Source: Azolla caroliniana (Eukaryota > Plantae > Polypodiophyta). Taken from it: a DNA stretch of 64,000 bases. The notes under the pieces were generated by a model that searched no databases, had not been told where the DNA came from, and saw only the letters and a program-made list of their open reading frames with translations. The translations under genes were made by a program, and so were the position numbers. The stretch is taken from assembly GCA_043228905.1 (NCBI GenBank), contig JBHGNT010000022.1:11346001-11410000 (forward strand), written 5' to 3'. Numbering within the stretch: position 1 is the stretch's first letter; each line of letters opens with the position of its first letter. Below are positions 1 to 13,201 of this stretch, piece by piece.

Positions 1-1538
1 AGCATCACATCAATGCGAACATGCGTGGGATCTTGGTGGATTGGCTTGTGGAGGTGGCCGAGGAGTACAAGCTTGTCCCTGATTCGCTCTACCTCACGGT
101 TGCCTACCTCGATCGCTTCCTCTCTCTGTGCTCCCCCGTGAAGAAACATCAGCTACAACTAGTTGGAGTTGCATGCATGATCGTTGCTTCGTATGTGTTT
201 TTCAGTCTCTAAACCCTAAACCCTAAACCCTGTCTAAACCTTAAACCCTGTATTAACCCCAACCTTAAAAAACCTCTTTTATTGATTTTTTGTGACCTCA
301 ATTTGATCTGTTATTATGATTAATCTAATCTATTGTTTTTGTGATTTATCTAGCAAGTATGAGGAGATCTGTGCCCCGCAACTAGAAGAGTTTTGCTACA
401 TCACTGACAATACCTACAACATAGATGAGGTTGGTACATAAAAACATATCGTTTTGCTGGGAAAAATGGCCTTAATAGGGATCAAAGGAAAGAAAGAACA
501 AATACTATGTGTTTTTTTTTTATGTGTTGCATATATTTGTAGGTTTTGGATATGGAGAAGCAAGTCCTTCATCACCTTGATTTCAACCTTGCTGGCCCGA
601 CCCCGAAAACATTTCTTCGGTAAAAGAGATTGTTTAATAACACTTGTTACTTTCATTTCTTCTTTTCTTCTTGTTTCTTGTTTCTTTATTTATGCAATGT
701 CCGAACAAGAATATGACTTCGGAATTGTTGGAATAAATGGCCAGGCGATTCATTCGAGCTGTCCAAGCCTCGAAGAAGGTATTTTAATTTGTAATTACAG
801 ATCTATATTCTTACTTGGGATGTGTTTTGGTCATATTGCTGATTTTAAATATCTTCTTTTAACCCCAAATGCAGAGCTCTACGCTTTGCATGGAGTTTCT
901 AGGGAACTACCTGGCAGAGCTCACATTACAAGAATACAATTGCTTAAACTATCTGCCATCCATGATTGCAGCATGTTCAGTTTTTGTGGCGAAATTCACA
1001 CTCGAGCCAAATGTTAACCCTTGGGTATATGCATTTTATTTATTTATTCACACATTATATGTATATATAGAGACATAACACAATAGTTTGATCGACTTTT
1101 CTTTATATCATATGAAATTTGTTGTCAATTGTAAGCTGATATGTATAAATGCTTGTTTCTCTTTTATTTGGTAGAATGAAACATTACAACAGTGTTCGGG
1201 ATATCGAGCATCAGAATTGAAAGAATGTGTCCAAGTGATACATAGCCTACAACACAATGTGAAGCAGTGCGCATTGCAGGCTGTTCGAGAGAAGTATAGG
1301 CACCCAAAGGTATTTTCGGTTCTCTCATGTCCAAGGTTTTTATCATCATTAACTTGAAATTCATATTTCCTAATGGATTTTTTTTTATCTGCCATATTAT
1401 TCCTTAAGTATGTTGAATCTATGTCCTTGTTTATATGTTTTGAGATGAATTTATATCTGGTGCAATATTTTGCAGTTCAAATGTGTTGCTGAAATCAATT
1501 CTCTACGAACCATTCCGTCAGAGTATTTCGAGGATTGA
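1..1538 (+). CDS. CYCA: A-type cyclin, 3' part (gene begins before the window); exons ~1-190, 354-429, 543-619, 745-778, 875-1024, 1175-1309, 1476-1538
   Basis: Cyclin box [18 protein letters not shown] (LVEVxEEY is the cyclin A signature), [56 protein letters not shown]; GT-AG junctions keep the frame; stop TGA 1536-1538. Confidence 0.93.
209..250. repeat. Short telomere-type (CCCTAAA)n / telo-box tract in a cyclin intron
   Basis: ctaaaccctaaaccctaaaccctgtctaaaccttaaaccctg. Confidence 0.8.
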
Positions 1539-4116
1539 GAAGTGTTTTTCAGTTGGAATTCTTTTTGGATTGTTTTGAGCTTCTTTTTTCCTCGTTTTAA
1601 AGGGAAACTTTGCTCTTGACCTTTTGCAACAAATTGATATACATAGACATAAGCTTCTAACTGTTGTGTGAGGTTGTCTCATTTGTAAGTAAACATCAAG
1701 ATGGCTTTGCCTCGATTCACATGATTTTTTGTAACATTGTTTCCAAATGTAAAATTTTGTTACTAAGACATCCACTTTTGGTTTGTGCAAAAGCAATGAT
1801 TTGTAGTAAGATGGTGAAAGTGTCGTCCTTTATATTCTAATACCTAAAAAGATAATGCTTCTTAAGGTTTGTCGAGGATTGATTGAGACTTGAAAGTAGA
1901 AATATTCTTTAGACCTAACAAGGCAAAACTTGTTGTTATAAAGAGATCAATCAAACATAAGAAATTATATATATATATATATATATAATCCATGTGAAAC
2001 TTGAATTTCAAGACAAAATGGAAGTAAGATTTTAAACCTATGCCCATTCTCTTTACTTTTAGCTCTATTGGGGCTTGGTTTGTGATGATTTGAAATTAAG
2101 TTGAAACAAGTTTAATTGACCAATATAAGACAACCAGTTTGAGTCATGAATCAAATTAATCCACCAACCCGAACTTGAAACTAATCTACCAAACATGAAT
2201 TCCTTAAACCATTAAGCTATTCCATATCTATTCAAGTTATGGGTAAACATGTCTCCATGTATTCAATTTGACATGGGTTGGATTTCCCAATGCAAATGAT
2301 CAATAAACACCTAATAAAAAGGAAAGCTATTAGTAAAGTATGTTGAGAAGGGTTAACACACTCACTTGATGGGCGAGCAGTTTCCTTGGCACTTGGCCTA
2401 TTTTAAACAATCTCCCAACTAAAGCATGTATATGGACAATATTTTGCACATCTTCTCAATTTGGAATCGCAATAAACTTGCTTTTGGAATTTGAGGATTA
2501 TTAGCACCCATGATAACCCCTTTCTTCCTTCTAGATTAATGCTTCTTGATTCTCTAAACTAGAAGGAGAAGTATATAATTGTGAACCACATCTTAACTTT
2601 GTGTTTTTGTAATCCCTAGTACCCTGGAAGTGAAGCTTATAATCATAGTTTCTTTATAGTTTGATGTTTATTTCTTAGGATTAATGTATGATTTGAGTGT
2701 TTAATTACAATATTATTTAATACTACTTGTTCCTATATTGTGTTTATTGTCTTAAGTCGCATTCCTATCCTCCTCAAGTGGCTCATTTGGAAGTGACAAT
2801 CCAAGTGGGATATTACATGAACTAATGGATGAAGAATTCAGAATTATGGTAGATGCTTTTAATTGGCAAATCATGCTAGAAGAGGGGGATTGTCAAGTCT
2901 GTGTGTACCAAAGTGAATGGTTGCTTACATGACACTACCATTACACCATCACGAATTTATGTGTGTGTGTGTGAAATGTGAATGGGTCCCATTGAGGACT
3001 CGAACTAGAGAGGATGGAGTGGACTCATGTTATGTCGACTTCGATACTTTGAAGTTCTTTCACTTCTTCGTAACATCTATGCGTGTGAGGACAAGTGAGA
3101 GTAACATGTATTTTTTTGGTTATGTTTACATGTATATTTGCATAACTGTGAATATGTGTGCATGTGTAAGAGTGAATGAATGGAGGTGTGAAAGTATGTG
3201 ATAAGAACAACAATGACATTGATGGGAAGAAGAGCCTAATGTTCAACCTCTTTCCCACCTCCACTCATTGACACCTTTGTGCACAACATCCATTTCATTA
3301 TGATTAATGACAATGTCTATAACTCATAGATGTGGTCCTCAGAGAAAGGCCCTCACATTTACTTAATCGCCTTGATACACTCATGCCCTATCAACTCTGC
3401 CAATCACTAATTATCGTACATGTGATGATCCATTGTGACCTCAACAAGGTGTGATGCATAGTAACAACATGCATTAGGTTAGATGGCCTATTGCAAGTCT
3501 AAGCCCCATTTTGAGGTGGGTGCGTGTCATGAAGTTTAGGGCCCATTAATTGAACGAACCGATCAATGCTTAATTACTTTGGGCACATACATTAGTTTCA
3601 TGATCTTGATTTTGACACATACAACCTACAATGCACCTATCAACCATACAAGTAAGCTTAACCTTTTTTTCCCCCCTCGATGCATGTACCAACCACTTGT
3701 TTTCTGATGGCTAATAAAGAAACAAGAGATAAATAAGATGAGAATGTAAAGACATTAACAAGAAAAACAAAACAATTACAAGAATATGCCAAAAGACTAG
3801 CATTGAACTAGAATGATTTGTCTATAACTAGAGCATTTTTCCTTATATATATATATAAAATATAGCAATCAAAATCTAGAATGGTTTGTCTACAAGTATA
3901 GCATTTTCCCTTGTATATAGCAATCAAAATCCTCATCAAAAGTGTTGCTTAAGCCTTAAATCTTGGTCCTACATTTACTCAAGAATTCTCCACACACTTT
4001 AATTCATAGTTGTTTTTACCCTTTGCATTAAGTAGACCTTCAAATTGATCTGGCATGGGAAATAATATCCATCCATGTGAACAAATTCATAGAATCTGTA
4101 AAAAGAGAAAATTACA

Positions 4117-4460
4117 GAAGAAGAAGAAGTTATATGGGTGAAGTAATCCATCAATGACGATTTGGTAAGAAGAAGAAGAAGCAGAAGGAGGAGGAGAAGA
4201 AGAAGTTATATGGGTGAAGTAATCCATCAATGACAATTTGGTAAGAAGAAGAAGCAGGAGAAGCAGAAGAAGTTATATGGGTGAAGTAATCCATCAATGA
4301 CAATTTGGTAAGAAGAAGAAGCAGGAGAAGCAGAAGAAGTTATATGGGTGAAGTAATCCATCACTGACGATTTGGTAAGAAGAAGAAGAAGCAGAAGGAG
4401 GAGGAGAAGAAGAAGTTATATGGGTGAAGTAATCCATCAATGACAATTTGGTAAGAAGAA

Positions 4461-4491
<31 letters not shown>

Positions 4492-4565
4492 AAGAAGAAG
4501 CAGGAGAAGCAGAAGAAGTTATATGGGTGAAGTAATCCATCAATGACAATTTGGTAAGAAGAAGA
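4117..4565. repeat. Minisatellite: six copies of a ~40-bp core separated by variable GAA/GGA-rich linkers
   Basis: Core TTATATGGGTGAAGTAATCCATCAATGAC(A/G)ATTTGGTAAG at 4130, 4206, 4273, 4340, 4416, 4519 (periods 76, 67, 67, 76, 103). Confidence 0.95.
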
Positions 4566-4686
4566 CGAAATACAGACACAGAGATCAAGCAGAAGAAAGG
4601 GAGAGCTGGCTGATCATCATCAAAGGGTGAGCACCCACATCTCTCTTCTCCTCTCACATGGCAACTCCAAGTCCCTCACCCATGGC

Positions 4687-6510
4687 ATGCTCACCCATCA
4701 CCTCCTCCTCAGCCATGGCCTTGAGGACCACCCTTCCCTCGGAAGCCACCTGCTCCAGATGTATGGCAAGTGCGGTGCCGCCCCCGAATCCCTCTCCGTC
4801 TTCTCTTCCATGCGCCTTCGCAATGTGTTCGCCTTCAACTATGTCATGGGCGATTGCGCCCGACATGACCGCCTCCCTGAAGCCTCGGACCTCTTCCACA
4901 GCATGCTGCAACAATCCATTCTACCCAATCGTGTCACTTTTGTCACTCTGCTCTCTGCATCCGCTGCGTGCCACTTGTCCTTCGGCCAATGTGGTACCCA
5001 CATTCATGCTCGTGTGATGCGGAGCGAGTTCCAGGATGATGTGGTGGTCGGGACGGCATTGGTTAGCATGTATGGCAAAGTTTGTAAACTCAACGATGCA
5101 CAGAGAACTTTCGATTCACTGCATGAACGCAATGCTGTTTCGTGGACAGCTCTTGCAGCTCTTTATGCTAATCAAAGGCAGCATGATGTTGTTCTTCATC
5201 TGTTTCAGCAAATGAGAACAGAAGGAACCCTACCAGATAAAGTCACTTATGTGAATGTGCTTGGTTCAGTTTCCAGTGACCGGATGCTTGACTGTGGGAA
5301 AAGGTTGCATGCACTTATACATCTGGGTGAACTAGAATCTGACATTATGCTAGCCAATGCACTGATCAACATGTACAGCCAATGTGCTAGCCTTGATGAT
5401 GCCAGGACATTGCTTTTTATGATACCTCGACGAGATGTTGTCTCATGGACAACAGTTATTGTCATGTGCATGGAGCAAGGGCATGGATCCGAGGCATTGC
5501 ATCTCTTTGGACAGATGCAAGATGAAGGTGTAATACCCGATTTAGTGTGCTTTATGGCTACCCTTACTGCTTGCAGCAAGAATGGGACATTAGCCGAAGG
5601 CAATGTCATCTATTGGTGCCTGTTGAATACCAATTTTTTATCGAATATCAATGTTAATGCTGCACTTGTCAATATGTATGGAAAGTGTGGCAGTCCGGAT
5701 GATGCAAAGAGAGTGTTTGATGCAGTATTGACCAGAGATGTTTTTTTGTGGAATACCATGATTGCAGTGTATGGTCAGGCTGAAGAGCTAAAAGAAGCCC
5801 TTCATCTGTTTGAGATCATGCAAAGAGAGAACAAAGTCCTAGCTGATGTGGTAACTTTTGTTACCATGCTGGATGCATGTGCTGGAAAGGCAGCTTTAGT
5901 AGAAGGCAAGATTGTGCAGACTATCATCTCTAGCCATGGTTTTGAGAAAGACGTTATTATATGTAATGCTGCTATCAATTTGTATGGAAAATGTGGTAGC
6001 CTGGAGGATGCACAAAAGACGTTCGATTCAATGGAACAAAGGAATGTAATCACATGGACCACGGTCATTTCTGTCTATGCTCAGCATGGGCAGGGTAAGG
6101 TAGCATTGCGGCTTTTCTCACAGATGCAGAAAGAAGGACCCACACCCGATGCAGTGACCTTTCTCGGTCTACTTGTTGCATGTAAACATTCTGGATTGGT
6201 TGTGGAGGGTTGCCAGTTTTTCTATTTTATGACTCAAGTTTATCGTCTCTCCCCAGGGGTGGATCACTTCACTTGTATGATTGATTTGATTGGGAGGACC
6301 GGAAGGATAGATGCTGCTGAGGAGCTGTTTGATAAGATTCCGTTACAACCCACAGTTGAGGCACTCACAGCATTGCTTGCTTGTGGCCACCAGTTTCATA
6401 TGAAGAGGGAGGAATGCACTTTGGATTACCAGATGGGTTTTGAAATGGACACTGTTTTCGCTGAAATAAAGGAGCATGGTGACAGAAAACTACTAAGATG
6501 TGCAGGGTAA
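4687..6510 (+). CDS. PLS-class pentatricopeptide repeat protein ending in an E1-like motif, no DYW domain
   Basis: Intronless ORF (first in-frame ATG 4687; frame open from the stop at 4555). Repeating GTALVSMYGKC / NVITWTTVISVYAQHG / VTFLGLLVACKHSGLV and HFTCMIDLIGRTG motifs. Start uncertain. Confidence 0.9.
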   Translation: MLTHHLLLSHGLEDHPSLGSHLLQMYGKCGAAPESLSVFSSMRLRNVFAFNYVMGDCARHDRLPEASDLFHSMLQQSILPNRVTFVTLLSASAACHLSFGQCGTHIHARVMRSEFQDDVVVGTALVSMYGKVCKLNDAQRTFDSLHERNAVSWTALAALYANQRQHDVVLHLFQQMRTEGTLPDKVTYVNVLGSVSSDRMLDCGKRLHALIHLGELESDIMLANALINMYSQCASLDDARTLLFMIPRRDVVSWTTVIVMCMEQGHGSEALHLFGQMQDEGVIPDLVCFMATLTACSKNGTLAEGNVIYWCLLNTNFLSNINVNAALVNMYGKCGSPDDAKRVFDAVLTRDVFLWNTMIAVYGQAEELKEALHLFEIMQRENKVLADVVTFVTMLDACAGKAALVEGKIVQTIISSHGFEKDVIICNAAINLYGKCGSLEDAQKTFDSMEQRNVITWTTVISVYAQHGQGKVALRLFSQMQKEGPTPDAVTFLGLLVACKHSGLVVEGCQFFYFMTQVYRLSPGVDHFTCMIDLIGRTGRIDAAEELFDKIPLQPTVEALTALLACGHQFHMKREECTLDYQMGFEMDTVFAEIKEHGDRKLLRCAG

Positions 6511-8657
6511 TATTGGGTTGTTTTGGGATGTGTTACATTTGATGTTTGTGCAGTACTCTGGAAAATGCAAGTGGAGGGGTTTTGTGTATGTAGACTGCAG
6601 CATTACATGGTATACAAGAAGAACCTACATTCAGTGTTTAGATTGATGCAGACAGCTTATAAAGATCATCTGACCATATAAGCATTTGTGCTGATGCAGC
6701 AGAATGCTTCAGATATATAGATTGAAGAAGCTGCAGCCTACTGACGATGTGCTATATTGGAAAAGAAGGAATGGACAAAAGAGGTGATATCATTATTTTA
6801 GCCTGGATATTTGGAGACCTGTCTGTATAGTCGTCAGGGGGCTTGGACATTTGATAGTTCTTGGTTGTTTAACTGAAGCAGAAAAGGGGTAAGAAATTGA
6901 TGTGTTTGGATGTTCGATTTGCCACTGTAACTTTTCCGATTTGCAGCACAGAACATGGATCCAGATTTGAAACGAGAGCTGGAGGATGTAATTGTCCAAC
7001 TTCAATATTAGATCATCCGTGAATCATGATTATGTATTAAATCTCTTACTGATCTTTCGGGTTCTACATACACGGCCAAAGGCATGCATTATCCTTGAAC
7101 ATACATGTGAACATGTGCTTCTCATGTTCTTGGATTTAGAATGTGTCTATTGTTCATGGGTGCTGAAGTGTTGCTTCGCTTGAGAGTGCTCAATTGTGGT
7201 TCAATTAAATTATTTCAAAGATCGCCTTATGAAGAAGAATTCTCATGCATTGTTCCACATTATGGAGATGGTATATGATATGGGAAGTGAAAGTTCTCAT
7301 AACTTCCTGTCCATTTTTTTATTAAACAGGTGGGTTTAGGATAGGTACGAATCACAGCCAGTGTTTGACATATCAACTACTTAACTAGATAACACCCAGA
7401 TATAAAGATGAAGTAAGAAAGAAAAGAAAAGGGACCATGTTGTATAAAGATATCAAACTCGAGGAAATATTTGGCCTCTTATTGATAAAAAAACATTACA
7501 AAGTCTACTTCTAATTGATGCGATGTTCTGACTCGGAAACAGGATGATTACAATTGGCGTAATTCATAATAAATTGGCCATGATACACCAAAAATGATGA
7601 AAGATATGTATTACAAATGACAAGAGATTTGACTCATGAGGAAGAGAAAGGGAGGAGATGATGGTTTTTTGACAATAGTCTCCATTGAAATGCCTCATAT
7701 TTACTCTTTCCAACTTTCAAGTTCAATTCCATATTTACACAGCCTCATATCACATCTCAGGGTCGTTGAATTTCCTCCTGTGACGATATGCATTTAACAC
7801 ATGCAGGAAGTGTCATTCCAGAAAAGACTTCTTTTTTTTGTGTTTGCGCAAAGCATTCCTGCAGTTAGTACATTTCTTACAGGAAGCTCTAGAAGGACTC
7901 ACTTTGCTTTTTCTAGAACACTACATTCCTGACAAAGCAGTGCCAGGCAAAACAGTTCTTTCCAAAAAGTAGTGGCTTTAAATATCATAATATGAATCAG
8001 TTGCCCTTGTCGTAGCTCCTATATTGCGACAGGCCTCAATCGGGGAGTGGCCTTCCCTTTGCATTCCCTACAATTAGTGCATATGGAAAGACTACAATTG
8101 CCTTCAAGCACTATTTGCATTTTTGCAAGTTTACCACATTTCACATTAATATCTGCGAAAGCATTTTCAAGATAAATATATTTTTATTCTCTTAGCAGAT
8201 TTGAACATGTATCAGCTTGCTAATTTTCTGAGGTATTATGTTTCCACTCCATTTCTTCAATCTGCAGTTGCCAACTCACCATCAATCTTTCCATACGTAC
8301 TTATGAACCTGCATTAGAGTAAGAGCTATTTGAAAAGTTGTTTGAAGTTCCAACTTCCATTTAGGCAAATCAAATCAGGTTTCAGGGATACCCTTGCATA
8401 CTGAGACATCCCCCTTCACCACAACGACATTCATTGTTACTCCTACATGTATATTCGGAGCCATCCAAACAATTAAATAAGGTTGCATAATCCTTATTTT
8501 GGCGAACCCACTCAAGATAAAGCATTAACGTATGTTTTACATCCCATTTAATATGCAAGACATTTGACAGCATGCAGCTGTTTCTGTAGTGGTATTGCTC
8601 ACTGTCATGGCTTCAACCATACATGCATGCTCTTGTATACCAGCAGCTGCATAAATA

Positions 8658-11600
8658 TTACTCCTCAGAAAATATGCCCAACTCAAGATTCTTATCATGT
8701 TGTGTTATTTGCTCAAAAACTAGTTTTCCAAGCTTCATGTTACCCCATTTACGAGAAATTGTCAATAATGCAACCCAAGCTGAAGGTTCAGCAGTAGCTG
8801 CCATTGTTTTAACCACTGATATTGCCTTGTCAAATTGCCCTGCAAACCCATAAATCACCACCATGCAAGTCAAGTGTTTCAAGTTCGGCAAGATTCCATA
8901 TTTTCTGCTCATGTTCTCATAATATGTCTGGGCATCATCCAATTTCCCTGCATGACAGCATGCTTTCAGTACACATAGGAAGGTTACATCATCAGGAGAG
9001 TGACCCTCTCTTTGCATTCGTGTGAAACAGTTCAGTGCTTCATGACTGTGCCTCTCTTGTGCATATCCTGTAATCAACGCTGACCAACAGATTGTGTCTC
9101 GATAACGAAGTGCTTCTAGAACCTGCTGTGCCTTAGCAAGTAATCCACATTTAGCATACATACTCACCAAAGCGCTGCCTAACACCATGCTTTTATCTAG
9201 TAAACCTGTACATAAAATATCATCATGAATTTTCTTGCCCTTTTCAATAGCCCCTGTTTTGGTACATGCTTTCAGGATAGAGACAAAGGTGGCCTCATCA
9301 GGAGAGAGACCCTCAGTTTGCATGCATTCAAAACATTTAAATGCTTCATGACCTTGATCAGTTTGAGCATACCCTGAAATTAGTATATTCCAAGAGACAG
9401 CATTTCGAACAGGAAGGCTTTCAAACACTTCTCGTGCTTTTGTGATTTCACCACATTTACCATACGTACCCAGCAATGTGTTACCCACGATTATACTTTT
9501 CTCCAATAATCCTCTATTGACGAGCTCATCGTGAAGTTTCTGGATCCTCTCACTTCCTATGCTGCTGCAAGCCTTTAAAATGCAAACGAAAGTGACTTCA
9601 TCTGGAGAGAGACCCTCTCTTTTCATTTGATCAAAACAGTTAAGTGCTGCATGACCTTTTTCCTCTTGGGCATACCCTTCAACCAGGGCATTCCAAGTTG
9701 CTACATTTCTAATAGGAAGCTTTTCTAGAAGTTGCTTTGCTTTTGCAAGCATGCCACATTTGGCATACATATCCACTAAGGCATTGCCAAGCTCAATATA
9801 TTTTTCCAAGAAGCCCCTATCAAGAATTTCTTTATGTATCTGTTTGCCAACATCAATAGCGCCTATGCTGCTACATGCATTTAAAATACATGTAAAAGTA
9901 ACCTCATTTGGATAGAGACCCTCCTTTTGCATCTGTTCAAGACAGTTCAGAGCTTGATGACCTTGCCCTGCTTGAGCATATCCTGCAATAAGTGCAGACC
10001 ATGACACAATATCTCGCCCATGGAGCTCTTCAAAAGCTTGCTGTGCTTTAGAAAGTATACCACATTTGGCATACATGTCTACCAAAGCTGTGCCGATCAC
10101 AAGATTTCCCTTCAGAAACCCCCTCCTCACAATCTCATCGTGAAGTTCTTCACCTACATTGATAGCTCCCAGGATGCCACAGGCCTTTAGAATACAAGCA
10201 AAGGTAATCCCATCAGGAGAGATGCCCTTTTGTTTGACCTTTGCAAAGCAATCCATTGCTTCATGGCCTTGGTTGTATTGCACATACCCTGTGATTAGTG
10301 TATTCCAAGAGACTATATTTTGAGCAGGAAGCTCTTCAAGAACGTCTCGTGCTTTAGAAAGCATTCCAAATTTTACATACATATCCACTAAAGCATTTCC
10401 AAGCACAACATTTTCCTTCAGCAAGTCCCTACTTATAATCTCATTGTGTATCTGTTTGCCTTTGTAAACTGCTCCTATGCTGCCACAAGCCATCAGTACA
10501 CAAGTGAAAGTAACTCCATCTGGATACAATTCCTCCTTCTGCATCTGTTCAAAACAGTCAAGTGCGTCATGGTATCGCCCTTGATGAGCATATCCAGATA
10601 TTAACACCGACCAAGAGACTGCATCCTGAACTGGAAGTTCTTCGACCACTTCCCGTGCTTTTGAAAGCATGCCACATTTGACATACATGTCTACTATAGC
10701 AGTGCCAAGTTTAACAGATTCCTTCAGCAAACCCCTGTTCAAAATCTCATCATGAATTTCTCCACCTTTGTCTAAAGCTCCAATGCTGCCACACGCCTTC
10801 AAAACACAAGCAAAGGTGACCCCATCTGGAGAAATACCCTCCCTTTTCATTCGTTCAAAACAGTCTAGTGCTTCATGTCCTTGCCCCTGGTGGGCTAAAC
10901 CAGAAATTAGTGAAGACCAAGAGATGGCGTTTCGAACAGGTAGCTCCTCAAGCAGCTGTTGTGCTTTTTCAAGCACACCACATTTGGCATACATGTCCAC
11001 CAAAGCATTTCCAAGCACGATATTTTTCTTCAACAGTCCCTTATTGATAATCTCTTCATGAATTTTCCGGCCTGTGTTAATAGCTCTTGTGCTGCCACAG
11101 GCTTTGAGAACACAAACAAAGACAACCTCATTTGAAGAGATACCCTCCTGTTGCATCCTTACGAAACAGTTCAACGCTTCATGACCTTGCCCCTCTTGGG
11201 TATATCCCGCAATTAATGCAGACCAACAGACCACATTCCGAGCAGGGAGTTCATTAAGCACTTGTTGTGCTTTTGTAAGCACACCACATTTGGCATACAT
11301 ATCAACTAATGCATTACCAAGCATGATATTTTTCTTCAACAAACCCCGGTCCATAATTTCTTCGTGAATTCGTTCTCCCTTACCAATAGCTCGTATGCTA
11401 GCACATGCCTTCAGAGTGCAAAGAAAGGTAGCATCATTCGGTGAGATGCCTTCCCTTTGCATCAGTTCAAAACAAGAAATTGCGTCATGACCTTGCCCCA
11501 TTTGGGCATATCCTGCAATTAAGGTAGACCAAGAGACAACATTCCGAACAGGAAGGTCTAGAAGCACTTGCCGTGCTTTTGCAAGCATTCCACATTTGGT

Positions 11601-12507
11601 GTACATATCCACGAGAGCATTGCCGAGGACAACATTTTTCTCCAACAAGCCCCGGCCAACAATCTCCTCATGAATTTGCTTGCCTTTGTCAACATCTCCC
11701 ATGGTCCCACAAGCCTTGAGTATACAGATAAAGGTGACTCCATTGGGAGAGAGGCCTTCCTTTTGCATGTTCTCGAAAGAGTGAAGTGCTTCATGCCCCT
11801 TCCCTTCTTGGATATAACCCGAAATTAAGGCATTCCAAGAGACTGTATCACGTATGGGAAGCTCGGCATGCACTGCTTCAGCTTTTCCAAGGGCACCACA
11901 CTTAACAAACATACTGATTAAGCTGCAAGCAATGTAGGGGTTCTTTTCAAGTAACCCTCTTCTCAGGATCTCAGCATGCAAGCGAATTCCCGTATGAATA
12001 TCTTTCTTCTTGCTACAAGTCTTAAGTAACTCTACAATTACATTATCTTTCCTTGCATTTTCAGTGGTAATTATCATCCTCAACTCACTCTCTTCTTTTT
12101 TTGGTAAGAGAGATTGTTCATCTAGACTTGTGGTCAGCATTTCATCTGTGGCTCTTCTCCTCAGCAGCTCATTGAGAACCCAAGATGGATTAGTGTAGCA
12201 TCCATCGATCCATGAAGATGATACATCAGTAAGCCTGTGCTGAAAGTCTTGTAATCCGGAGCTATGCTACACAACATATACACACACATATATGTATGTA
12301 TGCATAAACCATACATACATTATCAATTGCAGCAAACAGAAAGAATCAATCAATCCCTGTCTTTCTGTTCTCAACAAGAAGAAGACAAAACACAGAAGAA
12401 GAAAAATGCAGCATTACTCTAACCTTGTAAGGGCTGAAACAGCAGAGCGATGGATCCCTGAAGTAGGCTTTCCATAGGAGGTGTGTAGACATGTCTCCCT
12501 TCTTCAT
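8658..12507 (-). CDS. Large PLS-class PPR-E protein (~1230 aa) with a degenerate N-terminal PDF(OSB)-like motif; exon 1 12507-12424, exon 2 12266-8658
   Basis: 1160-aa ORF of ~101-aa P-L-S triplets. The frame stays open upstream to an AG acceptor at 12267; AAG|GTTTAG donor at 12423. The spliced N-terminus MKKGDMSTHLLWKAYFRDPSLCCFSPYK|HSSGLQDFQHRLTDVSSSWIDGCYTNPSWVLNEL aligns with the N-terminus of the 35393 paralog. PPR call is strong; exon 1 is inferred. Confidence 0.88.
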
Positions 12508-12539
12508 TATTGTTTGTCCCTAACAAAGCCATGGAAATT

Positions 12540-12830
12540 CCTCATCACCATCACCATCTTCTTCTTCTTCTTCTTCTTCATAATCATTGTCTCTTGCATC
12601 ACCATCACCATCTTCATCATCATTGTCTCTTCTAAATCCCTCTTTTTTTAAATTCCTCATCACCATCTTCTTCTCCATCATCATTGTCTATTTTATCACC
12701 ATCACCATCACCATCACCATCTTCTTCTCCATCATCATTGTCTCTTTTATCACCATCACCATCTTCTTCTCCATCATCATTATCTCTTTTATCACCATCA
12801 CCATCATCATCATCATCATCATCACTACTT
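12540..12830. repeat. Compound (TCA/CCA/TCT)n low-complexity tandem repeat upstream of the PPR gene
   Basis: Repeated caccatcttcttctccatcatcattgtctc units. Confidence 0.85.
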
Positions 12831-13201
12831 TTAAGTCCCTCTATGCAAACTAGCGAAAATCGGAGAAAACTTCCGATATTCCCCTTAGGTCCTATGACCG
12901 GAGCAAGCAACCGGGCCGGACATATTTAATCATCCCCGGAAGCCGGCCGTTTAAGTTTTGACCAAGCTCCGCAACACCCCACTTGTAACCAGCGTCATAT
13001 CCTTCCACGAAGACATTGATCCACAATGCTACCGACCATGGCCTTATATCCTAACCATTCAAGGCTGATTTTTTTTTTGGTTCCAACTCAAGACTCTAAC
13101 GTCATTACCCATGGCCTTCATGGATAGCGGCACGATCGCCCATTGAATCATTCTACCAAAGAAAAGGTGAAGCTTTCCTCAATGATGGTTTTCACCCAAT
13201 G

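Noticed and set aside
454-1017. 187-aa ORF on the + strand
   Set aside because: Off-frame read-through of cyclin exons and introns
4117-4565. CRISPR-like repeat/spacer appearance
   Set aside because: The spacers are related GAA/GGA microsatellite variants rather than unique sequences; no cas genes; eukaryotic nuclear context
12587-12929. Asp/Gly-, Ile- or Ser-rich ORFs
   Set aside because: Translations of trinucleotide-based low-complexity repeats
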